A DNA stretch of 45,553 nucleotides from an uncultured Halochromatium sp. (GTDB taxonomy: Bacteria > Pseudomonadota > Gammaproteobacteria > Chromatiales > Chromatiaceae): assembly GCA_964617675.1 (NCBI GenBank), contig CAZTYV010000002.1, forward strand, positions 1 through 45,553, written 5' to 3'. The position numbers were made by a program, and so were the translations under genes. Below the pieces are notes generated by a model, which saw only the letters and a list, made by a program, of their open reading frames with translations, was not told the DNA's origin and searched no databases. Below, one piece after another: positions 1 through 8,344 of this stretch. Each line of letters starts with the position of its first letter. Position 1 is the stretch's first letter.

Positions 1-251
<251 letters not shown>

Positions 252-268
252 GCCCGTACTGAGCGCGG

Positions 269-1042
269 ATGAAGCCGATCCTCTCGCTGCAGACGCTGCG
301 ATTTCGCTGGGATCCGCGCGGCCCCGAGGTCCTTGCGCTCGACGCGCTCGAGGTCGCCGCCGGCGAGCGCCTGTTCGTCGAGGGGCCGAGCGGCAGCGGC
401 AAGAGCACGCTGCTCGGGCTGCTGGCCGGCGTTGCGGTGCCGCAGCAAGGTCGCATCGAGGTGCTCGGCGAGCGCCTGGACCAGCTTGGCTCGGCTGCCC
501 GCGACCGCTTCCGCGCTGATCACATCGGCTACATCTTCCAGCTCTTCAACCTGATCCCTTATCTGGGGATCATCGACAACGTGACCCTGCCAGCGCGCTT
601 CTCGCGTCGACGCCGCCAGCGCGCGCTGACGCGCTCGCCAAGCTTGGCAGCCGAGGCGAAACGCCTGCTCGGACACCTCGATCTCGACCAGCCAGGCATG
701 CTCCAACAGCCGGTGAGCGCGTTGAGCATCGGCCAACAGCAGCGCGTCGCCGCGGCGCGAGCGCTGTTCGGCTCCCCCGAGCTGCTGATCGCCGACGAGC
801 CAACCTCGTCGCTCGATGCCGATCGCCGCCGTGCCTTCCTCGAGCTGCTGTTCGCTGAATGCGCGGAGACCGGCTCGACCCTGGTCTTCGTCAGCCACGA
901 TGCCAGCCTCGAAGGACTCTTTGACCGCACCCTGCGGCTGCCCGAGCTCAACCGCGCTGCGGGCAGCGGTCCTAAGGAGCCGGCGAAGAGCATGCAGACC
1001 GCGAGCTCAGCTGGCCAAGCGCCCGGCGCCAAGGGGTCCTGA
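269..1042 (+). CDS. ABC transporter ATP-binding protein (LolD/ZrgB-like)
   Basis: Walker A GPSGSGKST, Q-loop IFQ, signature LSIGQQQR, Walker B LLIADEPT, H-switch VSHD. Confidence 0.95.
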   Translation: MKPILSLQTLRFRWDPRGPEVLALDALEVAAGERLFVEGPSGSGKSTLLGLLAGVAVPQQGRIEVLGERLDQLGSAARDRFRADHIGYIFQLFNLIPYLGIIDNVTLPARFSRRRRQRALTRSPSLAAEAKRLLGHLDLDQPGMLQQPVSALSIGQQQRVAAARALFGSPELLIADEPTSSLDADRRRAFLELLFAECAETGSTLVFVSHDASLEGLFDRTLRLPELNRAAGSGPKEPAKSMQTASSAGQAPGAKGS

Positions 1043-1044
1043 CC

Positions 1045-2304
1045 ATGGCCATCCTCCGACTCGCGCTGCAGAGCCTGCTCAACCGCCGCTTCACGGCGCT
1101 GCTGACACTGGTCTCGATCGCGCTCAGCGTCGCCCTGCTGCTCGGCGTCGAGCGCGTACGCACCGAAGCGCGCGCCAGCTTCGCCAGCACCCTCTCCGGC
1201 ACCGATCTCATCGTCGGTGCGCGCAGCGGGCCGGTGCAGTTGATGCTGTACGCGGTGTTTCGCATCGGCAACGCGACCAACAACATCTCCTGGCAAAGCT
1301 ATCAGGAGATCGCCGCGATGCCGCGCGTGGCCTGGACGGTGCCACTCTCGCTCGGCGATTCGCACCGTGGCTTCCCGGTGCTCGGTACCAGCCAGGCCTA
1401 CTTCGATCACTATCGCTACGGGCGCGAACAGCCGCTGGTGCTGGCCCAGGGCGAGCGGTTCACCGACCTCTACGACGCGGTGCTCGGGGCCGAGGTCGCG
1501 GCCAAGCTCGGCTACGGGCTGGGAGACGAGATCATCATCGCCCACGGCGCGAGCGATGTGAGCTTCACCCGGCACGACGACAAGCCGTTTCGGGTCGTCG
1601 GCATCCTGGAGCGCACCGGCACCCCGGTCGACCGAACCCTGCATGTCAGTCTGGAGGCGATCGAGGCGATCCATCTCGGCTGGGAAGGCGGTGCGCCGAT
1701 GCGCGGGCGCGAGATCGACGCCGAGCGGGCGCGCGAGATGGATCTCACACCGAAGGCGATCACCGCCGTGCTGGTGGGTTTGGACTCGCGCATCGCCACC
1801 TTTGCGCTGCAGCGTCGCATCAACGATTACCCGCAAGAGCCCCTGTTGGCGGTCTTGCCGGGCGTTGCGCTCTCCGAGCTCTGGTCAGTCATCGGCTTGG
1901 CCGAGAACGCCCTGCTCGTGGTCTCGGCCTTCGTCGTCTTGGTCGGGCTGATCGGCATGCTGACGGCCTTGCTGATCGGGCTCGACGGGCGTCGGCGCGA
2001 GCTCGCCATCCTGCGCTCGCTCGGCGCACGTCCGGCTCAGGTGCTCGGGCTCATCATCGGCGAAGCCGCGCTCTTGACCCTGCTCGGCATCCTGCTCGGC
2101 CTGGGTCTGTTGAGCACCCTGTTGGCGTTTGGCCAGCCGTTGATCGAGGCGCGACTCGGACTGCATCTCGGCCTGGGTCTGCCAAAGGCTCGCGAATGGC
2201 AGCTGCTGGCCGCGGTGCTCGCCACCGGGCTGCTGGTCGGATTGCTCCCCGGTTGGCGTGCCTACAAGATGTCGCTCAGCAGCGGGCTCTCATTGCGACT
2301 CTGA
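1045..2304 (+). CDS. ABC transporter permease, MacB/FtsX type (ZrgC-like)
   Basis: N-terminal TM, large periplasmic domain (SLGDSHRG), C-terminal TMs with RRRELAILRSLGA. Confidence 0.92.
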   Translation: MAILRLALQSLLNRRFTALLTLVSIALSVALLLGVERVRTEARASFASTLSGTDLIVGARSGPVQLMLYAVFRIGNATNNISWQSYQEIAAMPRVAWTVPLSLGDSHRGFPVLGTSQAYFDHYRYGREQPLVLAQGERFTDLYDAVLGAEVAAKLGYGLGDEIIIAHGASDVSFTRHDDKPFRVVGILERTGTPVDRTLHVSLEAIEAIHLGWEGGAPMRGREIDAERAREMDLTPKAITAVLVGLDSRIATFALQRRINDYPQEPLLAVLPGVALSELWSVIGLAENALLVVSAFVVLVGLIGMLTALLIGLDGRRRELAILRSLGARPAQVLGLIIGEAALLTLLGILLGLGLLSTLLAFGQPLIEARLGLHLGLGLPKAREWQLLAAVLATGLLVGLLPGWRAYKMSLSSGLSLRL

Positions 2305-2496
2305 GCGGGTACGGCTCCCAGGCCCGCCGAGCCACGCCGCGTCCAGCCCCGCGCGAGAGCCGTCCTGATCTGAAGAGCGCTCAATGAGCTGAGCGCCCGA
2401 ATCGTCCAAGCCAGAGGCATCCGCAGATGATCCAACCCAAGCACAGCTCCCACGGCATCGCCGATCAGGACCGCCCTCTTGCCGCTGCACCCAGAT

Positions 2497-2529
2497 CACC
2501 TTCGGGGCTACCTTCGGGGTCACCTTCGT
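2497..2529. repeat. Imperfect 12-bp tandem repeat (TCACCTTCGGGG), about 2.7 copies
   Basis: tcaccttcgggg ctaccttcgggg tcaccttcg read directly. Confidence 0.8.
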
Positions 2530-2573
2530 CGTGCCTGACTGCTCCACCGCCCCGCTGGCGTCAACCCCAGCGC

Positions 2574-3188
2574 GTGCGCGGGCTCGACCCGCGCTTCGGC
2601 CTGTTCGGGCTCATCCTGATCCTGCTCGCGGGCTGCGGTGACCGCTCCGGCGACGACACCGCCGGCTCCGGAACCACGGCCAACGAAGGGCTCTCGGAGG
2701 CAGAGCTGGCGATGGAGGCGCCAGACGGGTCGGCGCGCGAGCTGTCCTGGGACGACCTGATCCCCGCCGATTGGCAGCCCGAGGCGCTGATGGAGGAGTA
2801 CGATGCCGAGAACCTGAGCGACGATGACCCGCGCGCCCAGGAGCTGATGGACCGGCTCAAGGCACTTTGGGCCGAGGCGCCGGTGGTGGAGGCCCTCGAC
2901 GGCAAGGCGGTGCGGCTGCCTGGATTCGTGGTCCCGCTCGAGATCGACGCGACCAGCATCCGGGAGTTCTTGCTCGTCCCCTACTTCGGCGCCTGCATCC
3001 ATGTCCCACCACCACCGGCCAATCAGACGATCCTGGTCAGCACACCAGACGCCCAGCCCTATGAGGGCGGTCTGTTCGATACCGTCTGGGTCGAGGGACG
3101 CATGCGCGTCGAGCCCTTCAGCGACGAGCTCGGCGACGCCGGCTACCAGATCGAAGACGCCACCGTGAGTCTTTACGAGGAGCCTTGA
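2574..3188 (+). CDS. DUF3299-family lipoprotein (ZrgD-like)
   Basis: LSWDDLIP and GFVVPLE...EFLLVPYFGACIHVPPPPANQ motifs. GTG at 2574 gives a signal peptide with lipobox LAGC; the ORF track starts at 2427. Confidence 0.85.
   Translation: MRGLDPRFGLFGLILILLAGCGDRSGDDTAGSGTTANEGLSEAELAMEAPDGSARELSWDDLIPADWQPEALMEEYDAENLSDDDPRAQELMDRLKALWAEAPVVEALDGKAVRLPGFVVPLEIDATSIREFLLVPYFGACIHVPPPPANQTILVSTPDAQPYEGGLFDTVWVEGRMRVEPFSDELGDAGYQIEDATVSLYEEP
3168..3188 (+). repeat. Direct repeat A (3' end of the DUF3299 gene), copy 1
   Basis: AGTCTTTACGAGGAGCCTT-GA; 18/19 identical to 6517-6535. Confidence 0.8.
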
Positions 3189-3190
3189 GG

Positions 3191-4753
3191 ATGTCCACCA
3201 ATAACCGGTCCTGTGCCCCAGCCAACGTCTCGACGCTCGGCGCGATGCTGAAGACCAGCGCCGCCAACCATCGCGACCGAACCGCAATTCGCTTCGGTGG
3301 GGCTTCGATCAGCTACGCGGACTTGGACGAACGCGTCGATCAGGCGGCCAATCTGCTGCGTAGCTGTGGCATCAAGCCTGGGGACCGCGTTGCGCTGATG
3401 CTCCCGAACTGCCCGGAGATGCTGATCTTCGATCTAGCCTGTTTTCGGCTTGCCGCGACGGCAGTCCCCATCAATACCCGCTATCAGCGCGCCGAGACCC
3501 AGTATGCACTCGAGCATTCGGGGGCGGCGTTGCTGATCGCCGATGCGACCTTCCTGCCGATCATCGATGGGCTCATCGAGGAGCTCCCCACACTGCGCCA
3601 GCTTCTGATCCGCAAGGCGGCCCCTGGCGATGACCGCAGCCTTGAGCAGGCGCTCGCCGCGGCTCAGGTTGACCCCGTGCAGGATATGGCCTCAGCCGAC
3701 GACCCCGCGGTGATCTTCTACACCTCGGGCAGCACGGCACGCCCCAAGGGTGTGGTACACACGCATCGGTCGCTGCTCGGCGCCGCACGCTGCCAGGTTG
3801 CCACACGCAGAATCGCACCCGAGCAGCGCTGGCTGGTGGCAACCGGAATCGGCTACGTCGCCGGGCTTGCGGGCGTCAGCCTGCCCGGCCTCTACGGCGG
3901 CGCAAGCATCCTGATCGAAGAAGACCTATCCGCGGACAATCTGCTCCGAGCGATCGCCCGCGAGCGGGCACAGGCGGCCCTGTTGTTGCCCACAAAGCTG
4001 CTCGACATGCTCGAGAGCCCGCTTGCTGCGGGACTCGATCTGAGCAGCATCGAGCGGATCTATGTTGGCGGAGATGAGTGCTCGCACGCTCTCTATGAGC
4101 GCTTCCGCGCCCGCTTTGGGTTCGATCTCGCGCAGCTGCTCGGCATGACGGAATGCGAGGGCTACCTGACCAATCATCCAGGTGCGGACAATCGTGTCGG
4201 ATCGATCGGCCTTCCCGCGGACGGGGTCGAGGTGCGCTTGGTGGATGATGACGGGCGCAGCCTCGACGACGATGGCATGTCGGGCGAGATGCTGGTGCGC
4301 GCGCCTGGAATGATGGTGGGCTATTGGCGCAACCCCGAGGCCACCGCCGAGACCCTCGTCGACGGCTGGCTACGCACCGGCGATGTGGCGCGACGCGATG
4401 CGGACGGCTTTTATTGGTTCGTCGAGCGCAAGCGCGAGATCGTCATCCACGACGGCTCGAATATCGCCCCGCACGAGGTCGAGGACATGATCGACTCGCA
4501 CCCCGCCGTCGCCGAGAGCTGCGTCGTCGGTGTCCCCGACCCGCATCACGGTGCGGTGCTGAAGGCCTTTGTCGAATTAGAGCCCGATGCAACACCCGTG
4601 AGCGTCGAGGAGATCACCGCGTGGCTCGAGAACCGGCTCTCCCGCTACAAGATACCCACGCTCTGGGAGCTCTTGCCGCAGCTGCCGCGCACGGCGACGG
4701 GCAAGATGGATCGAAAGACGCTACACGCGCGTGCTCAAGAGGGGCTCGGATGA
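3191..4753 (+). CDS. AMP-binding acyl-CoA synthetase (class I adenylate-forming enzyme)
   Basis: YTSGSTARPKG, GMTE, WLRTGD and C-terminal PRTATGKMDR. Start could also be the ATG of MLKTS. Confidence 0.92.
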   Translation: MSTNNRSCAPANVSTLGAMLKTSAANHRDRTAIRFGGASISYADLDERVDQAANLLRSCGIKPGDRVALMLPNCPEMLIFDLACFRLAATAVPINTRYQRAETQYALEHSGAALLIADATFLPIIDGLIEELPTLRQLLIRKAAPGDDRSLEQALAAAQVDPVQDMASADDPAVIFYTSGSTARPKGVVHTHRSLLGAARCQVATRRIAPEQRWLVATGIGYVAGLAGVSLPGLYGGASILIEEDLSADNLLRAIARERAQAALLLPTKLLDMLESPLAAGLDLSSIERIYVGGDECSHALYERFRARFGFDLAQLLGMTECEGYLTNHPGADNRVGSIGLPADGVEVRLVDDDGRSLDDDGMSGEMLVRAPGMMVGYWRNPEATAETLVDGWLRTGDVARRDADGFYWFVERKREIVIHDGSNIAPHEVEDMIDSHPAVAESCVVGVPDPHHGAVLKAFVELEPDATPVSVEEITAWLENRLSRYKIPTLWELLPQLPRTATGKMDRKTLHARAQEGLG

Positions 4754-4811
4754 TGGGTCCGGCGGCAACGCCTCGACGGCTTTTCGCACCCTGATTGTGA
4801 TCCTCCAGATC

Positions 4812-4840
4812 GAATCCCCCGCGCTCGCGGGGATAGGCCG
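4812..4840 (+). CRISPR. Solitary type I-E-like CRISPR repeat (no array); may double as a terminator
   Basis: GAATCCCCCGCGCTCGCGGGGATAGGCCG is 29 nt and 23/29 identical to the E. coli I-E repeat as recalled (GAGTTCCCCGCGCCAGCGGGGATAAACCG). Stem CCCCGC/GCGGGG, 8-nt handle ATAGGCCG. No second repeat one spacer-length away. Confidence 0.6.
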
Positions 4841-4874
4841 TTAGGGCGAAGCTCAACCAGGGGCAAACCCTCAC

Positions 4875-5603
4875 TCAGTCGTCCGGATGGTCCCGTTTCG
4901 GCAAGTCTTCCTTCATGATCTGGATGACTCTCGGATCGAGGCAGGAGCGCATGAAGGCGTTCATGGGACCTTGGTCACCCGAAGGATAGAAGTCCAGCAT
5001 CAGCTGATTGAACTCGAGCTGTCGACGCGCCGGCAGGTTGATCGCCGGATAGCCGGCATCAAGTAGCAGGCCGTTCATCATGAAGCGGCCCATGCGCTTG
5101 TTGACATCGTAGAAGAACTGCGAGCGCGCCATTTCGAGGAAGACGAAGATCGCGCGGTCATAGATGTCTTCGCGAGTCGCGGCCTCGTGGATCATCGTGT
5201 CCCATCGCGCCGGCAGCTCATCGGCTACCGGCGGAAGCCAGTCGGTTCCCGCGATCGTCACACCGCCGGAGCGAAACGCCCCCCAACGCAGGGCCTCTTC
5301 CTTTGCCGCGACCGAGTGCAGGGCGCAGGCATAGTTGGTGCTTAGGGCAAAGCTGTGCTCATTGAGCGAACTGAACAGGTAGTCCCAGGCGTTGCCTTGG
5401 TTGATGACGATCTGCTGGTCGCCGATCTTATGCCCCCCCACGGTGACGCCGTCCAGAAGCGTTTGCACCTCGGGCAGCGTAAAGGTGAGGCCTTCCAGGT
5501 TCACGGCATCGCAGACGAAGGCAGCAACCTCACGCCGGGCTAGCATCAACGCCTTTGCCCGATCAGCCGGCATCACCCAGTGCGTGTCGATGGCGGTTGC
5601 CAT
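4875..5603 (-). CDS. Fic/DOC-family protein with a non-canonical active site
   Basis: NLEGLTFTLPEVQTLL N-terminal helix, GAFRSGGVTIAG flap, and QFFYDVNKRMGR in place of HxFx(D/E)GNGRxxR. Confidence 0.88.
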   Translation of the reverse strand: MATAIDTHWVMPADRAKALMLARREVAAFVCDAVNLEGLTFTLPEVQTLLDGVTVGGHKIGDQQIVINQGNAWDYLFSSLNEHSFALSTNYACALHSVAAKEEALRWGAFRSGGVTIAGTDWLPPVADELPARWDTMIHEAATREDIYDRAIFVFLEMARSQFFYDVNKRMGRFMMNGLLLDAGYPAINLPARRQLEFNQLMLDFYPSGDQGPMNAFMRSCLDPRVIQIMKEDLPKRDHPDD

Positions 5604-5710
5604 ATCGTTATGGGCAGCTCGGGGATGATGGCGTCCCTACCCCAGCTGGCCGAGCAGGTAGACGACCATGAGCGCGGCGATCATCAGATCGGTGAGCATC
5701 GCAACCCATT
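5576..5710. repeat. Direct repeat B, copy 1 (3' end of the 8407-8883 gene + spacer + Fic 5' end)
   Basis: 5631-5710 matches 8401-8480 at 74/80 nt. Looser similarity continues left to CCCAGTGCGTGT (5576 and 8345). Confidence 0.92.
5637..5708 (-). pseudogene. Orphan 3' fragment (23 codons + stop) of the 8407-8883 membrane protein gene
   Basis: Reads WVAMLTDLMIAALMVVYLLGQLG* versus WVAMLTDLMIAALMVIYLLSQLG* in the intact gene; no 5' part. Confidence 0.88.
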
Positions 5711-5869
5711 GATGCGCTCGCTGGCCGACCGATACCATCGAATGAACACATGATCCAGCCTACCTTCGGACACCATAGACAAGACCTAACAGCCAGCTAA
5801 ACGCGCTCAGGCTGTGCCTCATTGGTTTGGGAACTGGACACCGTTGACTCTTGATCAAACCAGGCGGGT

Positions 5870-6094
5870 TCAGGCGCGCGTGCCGAGGACATCCTGCAAC
5901 TTGGCGAATCGCTCAGTCATCGCGGCTAGCGTCTCAAACAAAGCGATCTCTTTGTAACCCGCGGCGAGGTACGCCGGCTGGAGCGGCCAGAGAACTTTGA
6001 CACGAGAGGCGTCGAGGAAGTAGGCGCATCGCTGGATAGCTTCTAGCAGACCGGCAAGGTGGCGCTGTTCAGCCGCAAGCCGTGGCTCGGTCAT
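5870..6094 (-). pseudogene. Truncated HEPN-like partner of an MNT (MNT-HEPN toxin-antitoxin), 74 aa
   Basis: ATGA overlap with the MNT gene and an ERFAKLQDVLG motif. It stops before any RNxxxH RNase motif, and the downstream sequence is unrelated. Confidence 0.65.
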
Positions 6095-6393
6095 CTCGGC
6101 AGCCTCAAATGCTGGCCGCAAGCGCGCGCGAGTTGCTGAAAGCCCGAGACGGGGGTGCCAGGACCCATAACGACCACATCCACGGGCAGCCCGAGCTGGG
6201 TTTCCGGGTCGAGCTGCAAATGGGCGCGCGCAAGCAGCGACATCGGCGTTTCCGCTTCGACCAGCAGGTCAAGGTCGCCGCCACGTGCTTGATCGTCGAG
6301 TCGCGAGCCAAACAGGTCAGTGGCCGCCTCAGCGCCGGCATGTTCGGCGACGGTACGCAGCGCCGTTTGAAGTGGGTCAGGCGGCAGGCGCAT
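6091..6393 (-). CDS. Minimal nucleotidyltransferase (MNT) antitoxin-like protein
   Basis: LFGSRLDDQARGGDLDLLV (GS...DxD) plus PVDVV; 100 aa. Confidence 0.88.
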   Translation of the reverse strand: MRLPPDPLQTALRTVAEHAGAEAATDLFGSRLDDQARGGDLDLLVEAETPMSLLARAHLQLDPETQLGLPVDVVVMGPGTPVSGFQQLARACGQHLRLPR

Positions 6394-6516
6394 GGATCAG
6401 CTTTCCAACTCGGTGATCGGTGTTTGGTTAAGGATAGGCAATCCAACGTACCCTGAGGATCGGGTCGGATGCTGTCGCGAGAGGCTAGCCGGGGCAGGAT
6501 GCGAGGTCAACGCTTC

Positions 6517-6537
6517 AGTCTCTACGAGGAGCCTTAG
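6517..6537 (+). repeat. Direct repeat A', an orphan copy of the last codons of the DUF3299 gene
   Basis: AGT CTC TAC GAG GAG CCT TAG = SLYEEP*, the same peptide as 3168-3188. Followed by CCTGTGCGCAGCCATC (6546-6561), which resembles CCTGTGCCCCAGCCAAC (3210-3226). Confidence 0.78.
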
Positions 6538-6561
6538 ATCAGGCGCCTGTGCGCAGCCATC

Positions 6562-7437
6562 CTAAGATTCGGCGAGCGGCGGGAGTCGATTAATTCTCAC
6601 GTCGACGGCTAAGGTGGAAACCACGTCGGCGTGCCCCGTGAAGCTTCCTGACACAGGCGGGATTGCTTGCGGATGGTTGTGAACCGCAACCGGAATATGG
6701 TCCGGGCCGACGACCGCAGCCTCGGTCGGGTCGAACCCCTTCCAACCCGCTCCGGGCAGATAGACCTCGGTCCAGGCATGGGTTGCTGCTCCACCGGCCT
6801 CAGCCGCGGAACCATGCACGTAGCCGCTGACGAATCGTGCCGCGATACCGAGCCGCCGGCACGCTTCCATCAGCAAGGCGGCAAAGTCCCGACAAGCGCC
6901 CTCGCCGAGGCGCAGGGTGACCCCCGGCGGGCGTACCCCCTCTTCGGCACGGACCTGATATCTCAGCTCGCCGTGGATGCGCTTGTTGATTCCATCTAAG
7001 ACTGCGAACGTCTCCGTGTCCAGCGGAAGACAACGATAGGGCTCGAGCCAGTTCCTGAGCTGCCGGTCGTCGGGATACACGGGCTGCAGATAAGGACCCA
7101 GCGCCTGCAACTCCTCGGCACTATAGGAGAGGGGAAAGCGCACCGCGCGCTCTTCAACAATGAAGTTCAATGGACGCTCATCATACAGCTCGACCTCGAC
7201 GTCACTGGCAATGCTGATTGCATCCAGTACCTGATTGTCGAAGGTCACCAACGCGAGCACATTGTCGTAGTAGTCCCGGCTCCAGGTGACCGCCGGCTCA
7301 GATGAAATCGTCAACGAGGAGGAGGCGATACGCAGATCATGACCTTCCCTGGGGCGCAGAAATAGCCGGTGCGACCCGGGATACACCGGGGTGCTGAAGG
7401 TGTACTGAGTATGGTGTTGAATCCTCAGGCGCTTCAT
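6562..7437 (-). CDS. Transglutaminase-like cysteine protease family protein
   Basis: N-terminal IQHHTQYTF; catalytic triad motifs GACRDFA, HAWTEVY and FDPT; ATG at 7437. Confidence 0.9.
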   Translation of the reverse strand: MKRLRIQHHTQYTFSTPVYPGSHRLFLRPREGHDLRIASSSLTISSEPAVTWSRDYYDNVLALVTFDNQVLDAISIASDVEVELYDERPLNFIVEERAVRFPLSYSAEELQALGPYLQPVYPDDRQLRNWLEPYRCLPLDTETFAVLDGINKRIHGELRYQVRAEEGVRPPGVTLRLGEGACRDFAALLMEACRRLGIAARFVSGYVHGSAAEAGGAATHAWTEVYLPGAGWKGFDPTEAAVVGPDHIPVAVHNHPQAIPPVSGSFTGHADVVSTLAVDVRINRLPPLAES

Positions 7438-7485
7438 AGGCTCTGTCGCCAAAAGCCAAGATGGCTACCCGAATTTCGTTGATCC

Positions 7486-7514
7486 AATAAGAAAGCCCGG
7501 ACGAGTCCGGGCTT
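7486..7514 (-). terminator. Intrinsic terminator after the RRM gene
   Basis: Inverted repeat AAGCCCGGAC-GA-GTCCGGGCTT (7493-7514) followed on the minus strand by TCTTATT. Confidence 0.8.
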
Positions 7515-7569
7515 GCAGCCTACCGGTGGCGCAGATAGCGCCACCGATGAACGATCGCGTCGGGGATAT

Positions 7570-7857
7570 TTACCAGCGACGGTCGCCGCCGCCACCCGAG
7601 CGAGAGGAACGCTCGGCCCGCGGCTTGGCTTGGTTGACCGTAATGTTACGGCCCTTCAGATCCGTGCCATTCAGGGCCTTGATGGCCGCGTCGGCCTCTG
7701 AGTTGCTGTTCATCTCGACGAAGCCAAAGCCTTTCGACTCGCCGGAAAACTTGTCGGTGATCAGGTTGACCTGATCGACACTTCCGTACTGAGAGAAGGT
7801 CTCGCGTAGATCGGCGTCGGTGATCGAATACGGCAGGTTGCCAACGTAGATATTCAT
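7570..7857 (-). CDS. Single-RRM RNA-binding protein with Gly/Arg tail (95 aa)
   Basis: RNP2 IYVGNL and RNP1 KGFGFVEM; ATG at 7857. Confidence 0.95.
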   Translation of the reverse strand: MNIYVGNLPYSITDADLRETFSQYGSVDQVNLITDKFSGESKGFGFVEMNSNSEADAAIKALNGTDLKGRNITVNQAKPRAERSSRSGGGGDRRW

Positions 7858-8209
7858 GACTGTCAGTTCTCTTGAAGAAAGTGCGTTGGTAATGACGATG
7901 GCACTATCGAAAAACACCAAGCACGAGACTTCTTCGACAGCGGGTGCCCAAGAGGGCGTTGCGACAAACACGGACGAAGCCGTGCGAGCCGCTAGACCAA
8001 GAGCCCACAAGGCGCCCGGATCTTGAGAGGAATCAGGAACTGCGAGCTTAGGCGTGAACAGCCAGCTCGGATAGAAAAACCGCGAGGGAGGTTGACGCGA
8101 GAAGGGCAGAAGCCTTGTGCCAATCGCTGGGATCGACACGTCCTCAATCGCGCCAAGGTAACAGGTTCTGAGCCGACGCGCACGCATTTCTTCATCTCTG
8201 ACGCAGCCT

Positions 8210-8245
8210 GACTAGGCCCAAGACTAGGCCCAAGACGAGGCCCAA
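8210..8245. repeat. 12-bp tandem repeat GACTAGGCCCAA x3
   Basis: Two perfect copies and one with a single mismatch. Confidence 0.9.
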
Positions 8246-8259
8246 GCGATCCGCGAACC

Positions 8260-8284
8260 CATCGAAGACGGCCCTGCTTCGATG
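8260..8284. other. 8-bp inverted repeat, possible terminator or operator
   Basis: CATCGAAG-N9-CTTCGATG, with no U-tract. Confidence 0.45.
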
Positions 8285-8344
8285 CGCCGGCAGCTCACCA
8301 GCGGCCTCTACAGGGCCCTGGCTGGCTGGCGTCCCCCAAGGTCT

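Noticed and set aside
4751-4905. CRISPR array around the repeat-like unit
   Set aside because: There is no second repeat about 32-33 nt to either side and no cas genes, so only a solitary unit is supported.
5770-5850. Integron attC-like site (minus strand TTAG-N6-GTTAGGT; plus strand ACCTAAC)
   Set aside because: Only one half is convincing. There is no clean complementary arm, no further attC sites and no IntI. An attC covariance-model search would settle it.
7858-8187. 110-aa N-terminal extension of the RRM protein in the ORF track
   Set aside because: The family begins at MNIYVGNL and the extension has no recognisable features, so it is treated as leader.
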